A stretch of 64,000 bases of DNA from an uncultured Methanoregulaceae archaeon (GCA_963705255.1 OY970061.1:192001-256000); one strand, 5' to 3'. Shown: positions 10,265 to 21,332, numbered from the stretch's first letter. A program made the numbers and translations. The notes: generated by a model from the letters alone, not told the origin.

Positions 10265-10843
10265 TTATTCTGCCGGAATATCCGGCAGGTGCCAGGCCGG
10301 GATCAGCCCACCCGGCAGGACTTCGTAATACTTCCACCCGAACGCGCCGGAATATGCCATGAGCATCTTCCGGAACTGTGCGGTTGTCCGCATCCAGCGG
10401 AGGGCATCGATCTTCGCTACATAGTTCCGGACGAGCGCTTTTGCGTCCGGGATCGGCTTCTTCGACGAGATCACCTGGATGAGCAGGGTCACGTCATCCC
10501 TGAGGGCGATGATGTCGAATGGGATCCGGCAGTGGCTGATCTGTGCCGGGAGGTACTTCCATTCTTCCAGCAGCCGCATGGCCCGGAAGACGATCCTGCT
10601 CCCCCTCAGATATGCCTCGCAGCAACCGGAGGGTTCATCTCCCTCGATCCCGTGGAGGATGACCATCGCTTCCGTTGCCGGAGTGTTCTCTTCTACGATA
10701 CCTTCCTGTTTCGTTGACCGTTTCATCGGTTGGCTTACTGTTCTTCCTTCCAAAACGTCCACCTCGAATTCGGACTCTCGTCCGAGGCGTATCCGGCCCA
10801 TGGCCGGGAAATTATCCACAACGGATCTTCTCTGCCGGTCCAT
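10265..10843 (-). CDS. Hjc-like PD-(D/E)xK fold protein
   Basis: PFDIIALRDDVTLLIQVISS resembles the archaeal Holliday-junction resolvase core; start uncertain. Confidence 0.55.
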   Translation of the reverse strand: MDRQRRSVVDNFPAMGRIRLGRESEFEVDVLEGRTVSQPMKRSTKQEGIVEENTPATEAMVILHGIEGDEPSGCCEAYLRGSRIVFRAMRLLEEWKYLPAQISHCRIPFDIIALRDDVTLLIQVISSKKPIPDAKALVRNYVAKIDALRWMRTTAQFRKMLMAYSGAFGWKYYEVLPGGLIPAWHLPDIPAE

Positions 10844-11386
10844 GCCAGAGATTCCAGATATGATAAATCATGGGAATCCTCCCGGGTCCTGGAGGAATGG
10901 CGAGAATATAATCAAACCCCTGCCATTCGGCAGAAGATCTCCTGACCGGGTACTCCTAAGAGTGAATCCCGGTACCAGCGATCCCACAAAATACCGAAAT
11001 GAGTACACCTGAGTACACCAAGGACTGCGTATACCGGAACCGGTGCAAAGCCCGGGAAGCCCGTGATATCCTCCGCTTCGTGCGGGAAGGAGCCGGGTCC
11101 TGTGATTTTCGCCGATGCCGGGGTGCAGAATCTTTGTGGCATTTGTGATTATCTCAAAATAATGATAAAATCGTATATATATTACTAGGATGGTGCGAGT
11201 TATGTGGGAGAACCGTGTTTTTGGAGGGATTGCGGATGGGGGAGCGGGCGGGGTGCGGCAGGAATGGGAGTTGAGAATGAGGGGCAATTAATCTCCCCTT
11301 ATCTGATATCAGTATAATTAAACCGCAACACATAACGTTACAGCCTTTATAAAAATCACATATTATCAATTGTAGTCCTGGAAGCC

Positions 11387-14069
11387 ATGACAGAAGAAAG
11401 CGAGCGAGTTACACGGAAGAAGCGCATCGATCCTTTATTGAAAGATGCCGGTTGGCGTATTGAGCTGTACAGGACCGGAATGGATCTTACCAGATACAAC
11501 CAGTACGCTCTCGAAGAATTTCCTACCGAAAATGGTCCCGCTGACTATGCTCTCTGTGTTGATGGCAAAATCCTCGCAGTTATTGAAGCCAAGAAGGTTT
11601 CTCTCGGACCCCAGAATGTCCTGACCCAGGTCCGAACGATATGCTGCCGGGATCTCCGGCAGTCCGTTCAATTACTCCGGATTCCGGGTCCCCTTCATTT
11701 ATTCGACCAATGGCGAGATCATCTGGTATCACGATCTCCGCAATCCCTTAAACCGATCCCGCCCGGTTGCAAAATTCCATACCCCGGATGCTCTCACTGA
11801 ACGGCTCCGTGAGAAATTCGAGGTTTCCTGCCAGCGTCTTGCCGACTGGGAAAATGCGCACCCGATGATACGCCCCTACCAGGCCGAAGCGAATGCAGCG
11901 ATTGAACAGGGTATCCGCGATCGCAAGCGCCAGATGCTGGTTGCAATGGCAACCGGGACCGGCAAGACCTACACAATGGTCAACCAGATTTTCCGGCTGA
12001 TGGAATCCGGCGTGGCAAAACGGATCCTCTTTCTGGTGGATCGGCGGGCCCTTGCTGCACAGGCAGTCAAGGCGTTCGCGTCCTTTGAAGCGCGGCCGGG
12101 GCTGAAGTTCGACCGGACGTATGAAGTCTACAGCCAGCGGTTCTTCCGGGAGGATTTCGAGGAGGATGAGAAGTTTGATCCCAAGGTGCTTCCCTCCTCG
12201 TACCTTCTGGAGCCCAAGCCCGGCCATGCGTTTGTTTATATCTGCACCATCCAGCGGATGACCATCAACCTCTTCGGGCGCAACGCGGTTTTTGGCACCA
12301 GCGACGAGCCTATCGATGAGGATGCCGAGCAGATGGAGATCCCGATCCATGCCTTCGATCTGATCGTCGCGGACGAATGCCACCGGGGATATACCGCTGC
12401 GGAGCAGTCGGTGTGGCGTAAGACGCTGGACCACTTCGACGCGATCAAGATCGGGCTGACGGCAACCCCGGCGGCGCATACAATGGCCTACTTCCGGGAG
12501 ATCGTATACCGGTACGATTATGCCCGGGCAGTTCGGGAAGGATTCCTGGTCGATTACGATGCAGTTGCGCTGGACTCGAACGTGCGGATGAACGGGATCT
12601 TCCTGCAGGCAGGTGAGGAGGTGGGGGTGATTGATGCTTCAACGGGTGCACAGTCGTTTGACAATCTTGAGGATGAACGGCAGTTTGATACTACGGAAGT
12701 CGAGCGGACGATCACCTCGCCGGATTCCAACCGGAAGATCCTTGCAGAAATCCGGAAGTACGCAGAAGAGCACGAGCAGCGATTCGGGCGGTTCCCGAAA
12801 ACCCTGATCTTTGCCGTGAATGACCTGCCCCATACCTCCCACGCGGACCAGCTGGTGGATCTAGCCCGGGATGTGTTCGGGAAAGGGGATTCGTTTGTCC
12901 AGAAGATCACCGGCAAGGTTGACCGGCCGCTCCAGCATATCCGCGAATTCCGGAACCGGCCGATGCCGGCAGTTGTGGTGACGGTGGACATGCTCTCGAC
13001 CGGCGTGGATATTCCGGATCTGGAGTTTATTGTCTTTTTGCGCCCGGTGAAGTCCCGTATCCTCTTTGAGCAGATGCTGGGCAGGGGAACACGGAAGGGT
13101 GAGCGATGCCCGGACAAGTCACACTTTGTTGTCTTCGACTGTTTTGGCGGGACGCTGCTGGAATATTTCCGGCAGGCGACCGGTATCACCGCAGAGCCGC
13201 CCGAGAAAGAGACCCGCTCGATCGTCCAGCTCATCAGGAATATCTGGGACAACCGGGATCGTGAGTACAATTCGAAAGCGCTGGTACGCAGACTCCAGCG
13301 GATCGACAAGGAGATGAGTGGCGAGGCTCGCGATTTGTTCGCCAAGTATGTTCCGCAGGGTGACATGAAGCATTATGCTGCCGGGTTACCGGATGCCCTC
13401 CGAAAGGATTTCATGGGTGCGATGACACTCCTGAGAAACCCGGAGTTCCAGGATCTGCTCCTCCACTATCCCCGGCCCACGCGCTCGATGCTGGTTGCGT
13501 ACGAAAATGTGGATGCGGTCAGTTCACGGTTTATTTTCCGGGATTCAGCAGGAAACGAGTACAAGCCCGAGGATTATCTTTCCGCTTTTTCGGCGTTTGT
13601 AAAGGAGAACCCGGAGCATATCGAGGCGATCCGTATCCTGCTGGACCGGCCGAGAGACTGGGGAACGGATGCCCTGTCCGAGCTGCGGCAGAAACTGGCA
13701 GCCACACGGTACCGCTTCACGGTCGAGAACCTCCAGATGGCGCATAAGGTCCGGTACAATAAAGCGCTCGTGGATATCATCTCGATGGTGAAGCACGCTG
13801 CCCGCGAGGAGGAGCATCTCTATACTGCGGAGGAGCGGATCCAGCGGGTCTTTGACCGGATGGCATTCACTTCCCCGCTGACAGCCGAGCAGCAGCAATG
13901 GCTGGATAAAATCCGTGAACATTTAATTGCAAACCTCTCAGTCAGTAAGAACGACTTTGAACTCATCCCCATCTTCTCAAACGAAGGCGGGTGGGGGAAG
14001 GCGAACCGGGTGTTCAACGGGGAGTTGCCGGCCCTGATACAGCAGTGGAATGAGGCGATTGCAGCATGA
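11387..14069 (+). CDS. hsdR: type I restriction enzyme R subunit, frameshift at ~11630
   Basis: ADY...IEAKK...QxxRY nuclease motifs; MATGTGKT, DECHR, GLTATP, QMLGRGTR helicase motifs; removing one base joins the 11387 ORF to the 11865 ORF. Confidence 0.93.
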
Positions 14070-15511
14070 GTGATATTGTCCAGAAGTTATGGGGATTCTG
14101 CCATACGCTCCGGCATGACGGGATCGATTACGGGGATTATATCGAGCAGATCACGTATCTCCTCTTCATCAAGATGGCGGACGAGCGGGATGTACAACTT
14201 CCCGAAGGCTGCGACTGGAAGACGCTTGTATCCAAGTCCGGGACGGATCTGACGGATCATTACGTTGACGTGCTGCGGAAACTCGGGACCCAGAAGGGGC
14301 TGCTCGGCGATATTTTTGCCGGGGCATTGTCCCGGTTCACGAACCCGGTGAACCTGAAGCGCCTTATCGGCCTGATCGATGAGACGGAGTGGACGGAACT
14401 CAACATCGATGTGAAAGGGGAGGCGTTCGAGGGGCTGTTAGAGAAGGCGGCAAGCGAAGGGAAGAAGGGGGCAGGGCAGTATTTCACGCCGCGTATCCTG
14501 ATCCAGTCGATTGTCCGGTGCATGAAGCCCGATCCCCGGAAGAAACCCGATCTGACGATCTGCGATCCCGCATGCGGTACCGGCGGGTTCCTGGTCTGCT
14601 CGTACGAGTGGCTGCTGGAGCAGACGAAGGGCGGAGCACTTGACCGTGACGTGGCGCTCCGCGTGAAGAAGGGCACCTACTTCGGGCAGGAGCTGGTTGC
14701 CCGCCCGCGAAGGCTTGCCCTGATGAACCTGTTCCTCCATAATGTCGAACCCTCGATCAAGTTCGGCGACTCGATCTACGAGAACCCGGACAGCCGGCGC
14801 TTCGATGTCGTGCTGACCAACCCGCCATTCGGGACGAAAGGCGCGAACCAGGCACCGGACCGCGAGGACTTCACCATCTCGACTTCCAACAAACAGCTCA
14901 ACTTCGTGCAACATGTCATGACGATCCTCAAACCCGGCGGACGGGGAGCGGTTGTGGTACCGGATAACGTGCTCTTTGCCGACCAGGCCGGTGAAGTGTT
15001 CAAGGTGCTGACTGAGGACTGCAACTTGCATACGATCCTGAGGCTTCCCAACGGCACCTTCACTCCCTATTCCCCGGGCACGAAGACGAACGTGTTGTTC
15101 TTCACCAAGGGCTTCCCCACCGAGACCCTCTGGGTGTACGATGACCGGACGAACGTGCCGGGGATCACGAAAAAGGACCGGCCCCTGACACCGGAGTATT
15201 TCGCGGAGTTTGAGAAGGTCTATGGTGCTGACCCGAACGGAGGCTCGAAGCGGAGTTCATCTGATTCGAAAGAGGATCGCTGGCACTCGTTCCATATCTC
15301 TGACGTGAAGGAGCGGAACTACAAGATCGATTCGCTGAAGTGGCTCAAGGATGATTCGCTCGATGATGCGGATTCTTTACCGGAGCCGGAGGAGCTCGCG
15401 GTCGAGGCGATTGAGGAACTGCGGTTGGCGGTGGATGAGTTACAGCAGGTTTTAGTTCTGCTGGAGAACGGGAACGGGGAATCTGTTTCTGCGGGCGAAG
15501 GGAAGAAATGA
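14066..15511 (+). CDS. hsdM: type I R-M N6-adenine methyltransferase
   Basis: GQYFTPR, DPACGTGGF, NPPF; ATGA overlaps with hsdR and hsdS. Confidence 0.96.
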   Translation: MSDIVQKLWGFCHTLRHDGIDYGDYIEQITYLLFIKMADERDVQLPEGCDWKTLVSKSGTDLTDHYVDVLRKLGTQKGLLGDIFAGALSRFTNPVNLKRLIGLIDETEWTELNIDVKGEAFEGLLEKAASEGKKGAGQYFTPRILIQSIVRCMKPDPRKKPDLTICDPACGTGGFLVCSYEWLLEQTKGGALDRDVALRVKKGTYFGQELVARPRRLALMNLFLHNVEPSIKFGDSIYENPDSRRFDVVLTNPPFGTKGANQAPDREDFTISTSNKQLNFVQHVMTILKPGGRGAVVVPDNVLFADQAGEVFKVLTEDCNLHTILRLPNGTFTPYSPGTKTNVLFFTKGFPTETLWVYDDRTNVPGITKKDRPLTPEYFAEFEKVYGADPNGGSKRSSSDSKEDRWHSFHISDVKERNYKIDSLKWLKDDSLDDADSLPEPEELAVEAIEELRLAVDELQQVLVLLENGNGESVSAGEGKK

Positions 15512-16908
15512 AGAAAGAAAAAAAAACTTCTCTGCAGGAAGAGACGTTTCCTGAAAATGAAGATATCCCCGAAGGCTGGAGAGAAGGAACCTTTTCAGAT
15601 TTGATTGGATCTGATGGTGTCTTTATTGATGGTGACTGGGTTGAGAGTAAAGATCAAGATCCTAACGGGGATGTTCGACTAATTCAATTAGCAGATATTG
15701 GTGACGGATTTTTTAGAGATAAATCGCACCGCTTTTTAACTAAAGAAAAATCTGCGGAGTTAAATTGCACATTCCTTCAAAAAGGCGATCTGCTCATCAG
15801 CCGAATGGGAGATCCATTGGGGAAATGTTGTATTTTTCCCGGGGATGAAAAATTATCGGTCGCTGCTGTGGATATTTGCATTGTTCGTCCGGGAAATTCG
15901 GGTACCGACATCAAATGGTTAATGCATCTAATAAATTCACCAAATTTTAGGAATAGAATTGATCTTTTTAGACGAGGGACAACACGAACTCGTATCTCCA
16001 GAAAAAATTTAGCTAGAATTCCATTTCCGATCCCATCGCTCGCCGAACAGCAGCGTATTGTTGCCCGTGTCGAAGCCCTCTTGACACAGGTCAACGCCGC
16101 CCGCGACCGGCTGAACCGGGTGCCTTTGATCATGAAACGGTTCCGGCAGACGGTGCTGGCCGCTGCGTGTTCCGGTAGGTTGACGGAGGGGTGGAGAGAG
16201 GAGAATCCAAAAGACTTCAGCGACCAGATAAATCAAAAAATTCTCCAAAAGATGGATAAGAAGAAGATATTACATAATTTCGAGTGGGAGGAAAATTTTT
16301 CTCTACCCTCGGATTGGATTCTAACTTTTATCGAAATTGTTGCAAAAGTAGATACAGGTACTACACCCTCACGAAAAAATCCCGATTATTGGGATAAGGG
16401 ATCGATTCCTTGGGTTACAAGCGGAGAACTGTATGATCCGTTCGTCGTTAATACTAAAGAGAAAATTAGTGAAATTGCCCTCAAAGAAACAAGACTTAAA
16501 ATTTTACCAAAGGGGACACTCCTTATCGCATTATACGGTCAGGGTATCACTCGTGGAAAAAGTTCTGAATTATTAATAGAAGCAACGACAAATCAAGCCT
16601 GTGGGACGATAAATATTTTTGACGAGTTTTCTCCGATAAAACCTTATTTGAAATTATATCTGCAAAAAAATTATGATGATATCAGAAAATTATCCACGGG
16701 GGGAGTTCAACCGAATTTAAATTTGAGTAAAATTAAATCGATGCCAATCCCCCTCCCTCCCCTTACCGAGCAGCACGAGATCGTCCGCCGTGTCGGAGCA
16801 CTGTTTGAGCGTGCGGATGCGATAGATCGGGAGGTTGCTGCGGCGGGCCGGCGGTGCGAGCGGTTGACGCAGGCGGTGCTGGGGAAGGCGTTTACGGGGA
16901 AATTGTGA
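15508..16908 (+). CDS. hsdS: type I R-M specificity subunit
   Basis: IPEGW, two TRDs, conserved P.PSLAEQQRIV and PLPPLTEQHEIV repeats, ends AFTGKL. Confidence 0.95.
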   Translation: MKKEKKTSLQEETFPENEDIPEGWREGTFSDLIGSDGVFIDGDWVESKDQDPNGDVRLIQLADIGDGFFRDKSHRFLTKEKSAELNCTFLQKGDLLISRMGDPLGKCCIFPGDEKLSVAAVDICIVRPGNSGTDIKWLMHLINSPNFRNRIDLFRRGTTRTRISRKNLARIPFPIPSLAEQQRIVARVEALLTQVNAARDRLNRVPLIMKRFRQTVLAAACSGRLTEGWREENPKDFSDQINQKILQKMDKKKILHNFEWEENFSLPSDWILTFIEIVAKVDTGTTPSRKNPDYWDKGSIPWVTSGELYDPFVVNTKEKISEIALKETRLKILPKGTLLIALYGQGITRGKSSELLIEATTNQACGTINIFDEFSPIKPYLKLYLQKNYDDIRKLSTGGVQPNLNLSKIKSMPIPLPPLTEQHEIVRRVGALFERADAIDREVAAAGRRCERLTQAVLGKAFTGKL

Positions 16909-16931
16909 TAGAAGACCAATTTAAAAAATAA

Positions 16932-17684
16932 TTAGAATGAGAGAGATCGTCCGTCACCGCAAAGTTCTTTTCTTTGGATCCAAATAGCCCGATTTTCTCC
17001 TTGCCCGGGTTTGATAATTAAAACGTCGACAGGGCCACCTACGGTTTTTATTCTTCCCAAGAATCTCATTGTGTCCCTTGTGACTTTCACTGCGAAAATC
17101 GCGAAATCAATCGCATCTTGCAGTGTAAAAAACGCCCATTGCACCGGTGCTTCGGGCAATGGGATATTTGTCCCGTCATTTTGGATTAAAGAAATCTTGG
17201 ATATTAATCGAGACATTATTTCGATCTCACCATTCCAAGCGGACTCTCCGGATTGTCCTGGTTGAATTACATCATCAATTTTATTTAATGCAACATAAAC
17301 TCGCCAAATATGGGGAATTTGTTTACCATTTTCGTCAATATATCCGGCGACTTGGAAATACGTATCTGGTATAACGGGTAAGGATCGGAAAAAATCAAGC
17401 AGTTGTTTGGGAACCTCCTTAAGATCAGGCTGATTGCCATCGAGTTTTTCATGTATGAAAGATTCGATGTAGCCACTGATTGGTACTCCTTGAATATCTG
17501 CTACCCCAAAAGTTGAGATTCCAATATTTCCCGGTGCCAAGAATGTCTTATAGTTCGCATCAGATTGAGGGAACGATAGTTGAACTTGTTGATTGTTCTG
17601 TTGTACAAATGTATTCAGAGTTAATCGGCTATCGCTAGCCATGACAATTCCTTCTTGTGTCCATAATGTAATGATAAAAGTCAT
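16932..17684 (-). CDS. proteasome beta/HslV-like Ntn hydrolase
   Basis: M-T start giving an N-terminal Thr, GIVMASDSR, VAGY, C-terminal TVGGPVDV. Confidence 0.7.
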   Translation of the reverse strand: MTFIITLWTQEGIVMASDSRLTLNTFVQQNNQQVQLSFPQSDANYKTFLAPGNIGISTFGVADIQGVPISGYIESFIHEKLDGNQPDLKEVPKQLLDFFRSLPVIPDTYFQVAGYIDENGKQIPHIWRVYVALNKIDDVIQPGQSGESAWNGEIEIMSRLISKISLIQNDGTNIPLPEAPVQWAFFTLQDAIDFAIFAVKVTRDTMRFLGRIKTVGGPVDVLIIKPGQGENRAIWIQRKELCGDGRSLSF

Positions 17685-17742
17685 GTTTTTACCTAAATTT
17701 TTGATTTTTTTCTCCGTCGATTACATTTGAGTACGAATTTTT

Positions 17743-17883
17743 TTATCTAATTGCCCAGAGAACACTAAGGCTGAAACCACCAAACAGTATTAACCAGCCA
17801 ATGGCATTGCCAGCAAGGATTAACACGCCACCAATGAGAATGCCAGCAGCAGGTCCTGTGCCCGCACTAAGACTGGAAACCAT
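17743..17883 (-). CDS. small Gly-rich hydrophobic protein (46 aa), not in the ORF track
   Basis: MVSSLSAGTGPAAGILIGGVLILAGNAIGWLILFGGFSLSVLWAIR*, preceded by strong SD AAGGAGGTGAAAGGAGT. Confidence 0.65.
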   Translation of the reverse strand: MVSSLSAGTGPAAGILIGGVLILAGNAIGWLILFGGFSLSVLWAIR

Positions 17884-17985
17884 ACTCCTTTCACCTCCTT
17901 AATTGATCTTTGTATCGACCATTATTTAGTTCTGAATATCTTATTAAGGTAAAAAATCTAAATATGCTAAATGAGCCGATAGGAT

Positions 17986-18720
17986 ATGCTGAAATTGCGT
18001 GTTCACATTGTACCCATTGGTTTTGAGATCGACCGCGTAATTGAACCTCTGATTAGACTCAGGGCAGATAAAGTCTGGTTGATTGTCGATGATACAATTG
18101 AGAAGAGTGATGCGAGTATTCATTATACCAAAGTCAAAGAACGTGTCCATGAATTGAAAATTGATTTTGATGAACGTCGGTGTGATATCCAATCTTTATT
18201 CGATCTTCTTAACATTTACAGAATAATTATCGAAGAAGAACAACATAATCAAATCTTCATCAATGTTTCGACAGGAAACAAAATTGAAGCGATTGCCGGC
18301 ATGATGGCGGCTATGATTTTCAATAATGAGACTGTAGATGCAACGCCATATTATGTTGTCCCGGAAAATTATGAGATTACACCGAAGAAAGGACAACAAC
18401 TTACGAGCGGATTTAAACATATAATCCAGCTTCCGAATTACAAAATTGAGCGTCCTAAAGAGGTCCTTATATCTGCACTGAAAATAATTCAGGATAATGA
18501 TTCTGTAAGTAAAAAAATTCTCATCGAAAAATTCATTGCAATGAAATTGATTGTTATCGAAAGCGATCATACGGAAGCTGCAAAACATTCTCAGTTGAAT
18601 AAAAAATACTTAGAGCCTCTCTCGCAAAAAGGTTTGATTGATATTCAGGGAAAGGGGAAGGCCGCCCGAATTAAAATCACCAATGACGGAAATAATATTT
18701 TGAAATTTTTACCAAAATGA
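17986..18720 (+). CDS. HFX_2341/DUF6293-type regulator (CARF-like Rossmann domain + wHTH)
   Basis: RVHIVPIGFEIDRV...ADKVWL, INVSTGNK, YYVVPE, LPNY, C-terminal wHTH (LEPLSQKGLI...ITNDG). Confidence 0.8.
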   Translation: MLKLRVHIVPIGFEIDRVIEPLIRLRADKVWLIVDDTIEKSDASIHYTKVKERVHELKIDFDERRCDIQSLFDLLNIYRIIIEEEQHNQIFINVSTGNKIEAIAGMMAAMIFNNETVDATPYYVVPENYEITPKKGQQLTSGFKHIIQLPNYKIERPKEVLISALKIIQDNDSVSKKILIEKFIAMKLIVIESDHTEAAKHSQLNKKYLEPLSQKGLIDIQGKGKAARIKITNDGNNILKFLPK

Positions 18721-18741
18721 CAAATTTCCATGAAAAGAGAA

Positions 18742-19527
18742 TCACATAATTAATTTTAATTTTGTCTTGATACTATCCTTCCATCGAATTTTTTGGGAGT
18801 CGTTAAAAATTCTATAAATCTCCTTCAAATGCTCCTCACTATAATTTTTCCGTATCGAATCATAATATGAAACCTCGGCTTTCCGGACATTATTTCGCGG
18901 AATATAATTCATCATCCCAAGCCAGATGGACTCAGAGACGTATGGAGAAATCATATCAATGAGTGGTTTGGGATCATAATCCAGAAAAGGTTCGATAGAA
19001 ACGCTGGTTTTGTACCCTTTTTTGAAAGCATATTGTAACGACTTCAATCGTTCTTGAAACAGTGGCGCATTGGGCTCCCAGAATTTCAATAATTGATTAT
19101 CGGATGAGGTAATGGTGAATCTGAATTGAATCTGCTCTTTATAGTCTGAAAATTCCTTATCAATTTTTTTAATAATTGTCAATCTCGGCTTGGTTGTCAC
19201 TAATACTTCGTTATCACTTTTTAACAGATTTTCAAGGACGGTAAAACATGCATCCTCATATTCTGACATATCAAAGATATCGTGAGAACTGGGGAACATC
19301 ACTCTCCCGGAAAATTTTCTGAATTTTGAATTCACAACATCTTCGCGGATGATCATTTTTTTCCAGGTATTATTGGTGGCCCGTCCGAAGCGTTTCGCCA
19401 TCAGCATGGCATAGCAATACCGGCAGTTATTGTAACAACCCTTAATGCAATTGATATTATGATCAGCCCATTCCTTCGTCCCGGTGGGAATTTTTTCAAG
19501 GGAACAATTTGAATTTCTTTCTTTCAT
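18742..19527 (-). CDS. radical SAM protein (SPL/DUF5131-like)
   Basis: GCYNNCRYCYA CxxxCxxC motif, WEPNAP...ER, SIEP. Confidence 0.85.
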   Translation of the reverse strand: MKERNSNCSLEKIPTGTKEWADHNINCIKGCYNNCRYCYAMLMAKRFGRATNNTWKKMIIREDVVNSKFRKFSGRVMFPSSHDIFDMSEYEDACFTVLENLLKSDNEVLVTTKPRLTIIKKIDKEFSDYKEQIQFRFTITSSDNQLLKFWEPNAPLFQERLKSLQYAFKKGYKTSVSIEPFLDYDPKPLIDMISPYVSESIWLGMMNYIPRNNVRKAEVSYYDSIRKNYSEEHLKEIYRIFNDSQKIRWKDSIKTKLKLIM

Positions 19528-19543
19528 CCGAACACTCCGTTTA

Positions 19544-20879
19544 CTAAAACTGATCAAATGTAAATTGTCCGGATTTTGCAGGTATAAATGTCGAATGTCT
19601 GGATGTGAAAGAATCCGGTGAGATTGGAATCAATGGGGAGGGCAAATCAACACCCAGTTTTTCCTTACAATACAGCCAGTTTAAAGTATATTTTTGATAC
19701 GGTGAACCCCAAGCATCGGGTTGTTCAACAGGGAGAAGATAAGAGTTCTGTTCAAGCCATTTCATTGCATTATCCCGTCGGCTACTAATTACTTCAAACC
19801 GTCTAATGTCTGAACACATCAAATCCCGGATACCGATCTCATGTTTAATTATGGCCCATAGTATCTTCCACTCCAAGGGTTTTGTCGTACCAGTAAAATC
19901 TTTGCAGAGATCGTGATGAAGGATTTTGAAATAATTGTACGCAATAGTATTATCCTGATTAACTTTTTTATTCCTCATTCTTTGGGAGTAATGACTTTTT
20001 GTCTCTCTGATTCCGGCCTCATAATTTGAACAAATGATCAGATGATAAAGCTGACTTTTTTTCGGTTTGAATGGGAGAGGAAGAACATATCTAAACCATT
20101 TTTGCAGCTTTGCCTGATACAAATTTACAAAATTGTTCTGTCGTTGTAAAATATCATCAGGACGAAGAATTTTTGATCGCCAGTCTGGTGTCACCGAATA
20201 AATTATCAGCTTCGGCTATCGAACGTTTTTCAGGATCCGACCAGATTTGTTCGTTATTATGAGTAGGAAAAGCAGCAAATTCATCCCTACCAAGGAAATA
20301 ATCGGAAGTAAACAGAAATATGATAAATTCGGTTCCTGTCTGGTAGTAATGTTTTATTCGATCTCTAGCGACCTTTTCAATTAGTTCCCATCTTACCATT
20401 CTCAATGGATCAAAGAAAAAAATGCTATTCCCTAATTTTATCACTGCAATTTTTTTAAGTGATTCATCCAGATTCAAATTCATTAAAAAAATATTCGTTG
20501 GGTTCTGGTCAACCGGACCTTCACAGACTTTGACCGGAATGCCTGGCAATCTTCGAGAGATTACGTTGGTTAAGTGATTATAACAGGTTCCATCTTCTTC
20601 AATTAAAACAAGTTTCAGGCTATTTTTCTCATCCAATTTCTTCTTAAGCTCTATCGAGTGTCCTGCCGAACCGAGCAGAGTTTGATCGAGTTCTTTAATG
20701 AACACCTCACCGCTACCGGCATTTAATTCGACTATTGCGGTCGGATAACTATGACCACTTTTGTCTCCACCGGAAGTAATTTTCCACCAAAATTCATAAT
20801 ATTGACCGATTATTTCAGATTTTATTGCTGTTCCGGTGATTCCACTAAGACAAATAGCATCTCCGTGGAATTCAAGCAT
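19544..20879 (-). CDS. three-Cys-motif partner protein (TcmP-like, methyltransferase fold), frameshift at ~20190
   Basis: K..II.QY, ELNAGSG, GS, LIEED, FFFDP, TEFII, LFG..DW, YHLIICSN; adjacent to the radical SAM gene. Confidence 0.7.
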
Positions 20880-20939
20880 ACTTTCTTTTTAATTTTTTAA
20901 AAATTTATAAATGTTTATTCGAAGAAAATAGCAAAACAC

Positions 20940-21332
20940 TCACTCAATGACCGGCAACCCATCCACATAACAATACGACTGCGGCGGCACAAACCCCGGC
21001 ACCGTCTTCCACGGATCGATCGGATCGTCAAATTCCTGCAGGTTCGATATCCCGATCGCATACCCCCGCGTTCGCCCGGCAAAATAGGAGAAGAACTCGC
21101 GGACATCGATACCGGCATAATCTTTGACGTTATCCCAGAGATCAACCGGGTGATTTTCGAAAATACCCCCAACTTCAAATGAGGCCACGATTTTTTTCAC
21201 GGGCGATGAAGAATAGATGTAGATCCGGTTGATCTCACGATTCCTGAAGATCGTCTTCCGGAACTCGTACCTTTTTTCCCCTTCAAGAATGGACTTTACG
21301 TATTTTGGCTAAATTGACAGTAATACGTCCAT
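20940..21332 (-). pseudogene. ASCH-domain protein with in-frame TAG at codon 8
   Basis: MDVLLSI*PKYVKSILEGEKRYEFRK...IYSSSPVKKIV...PPQSY; TAG at 21309-21311 where Lys (SIKP) is expected. Confidence 0.85.
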
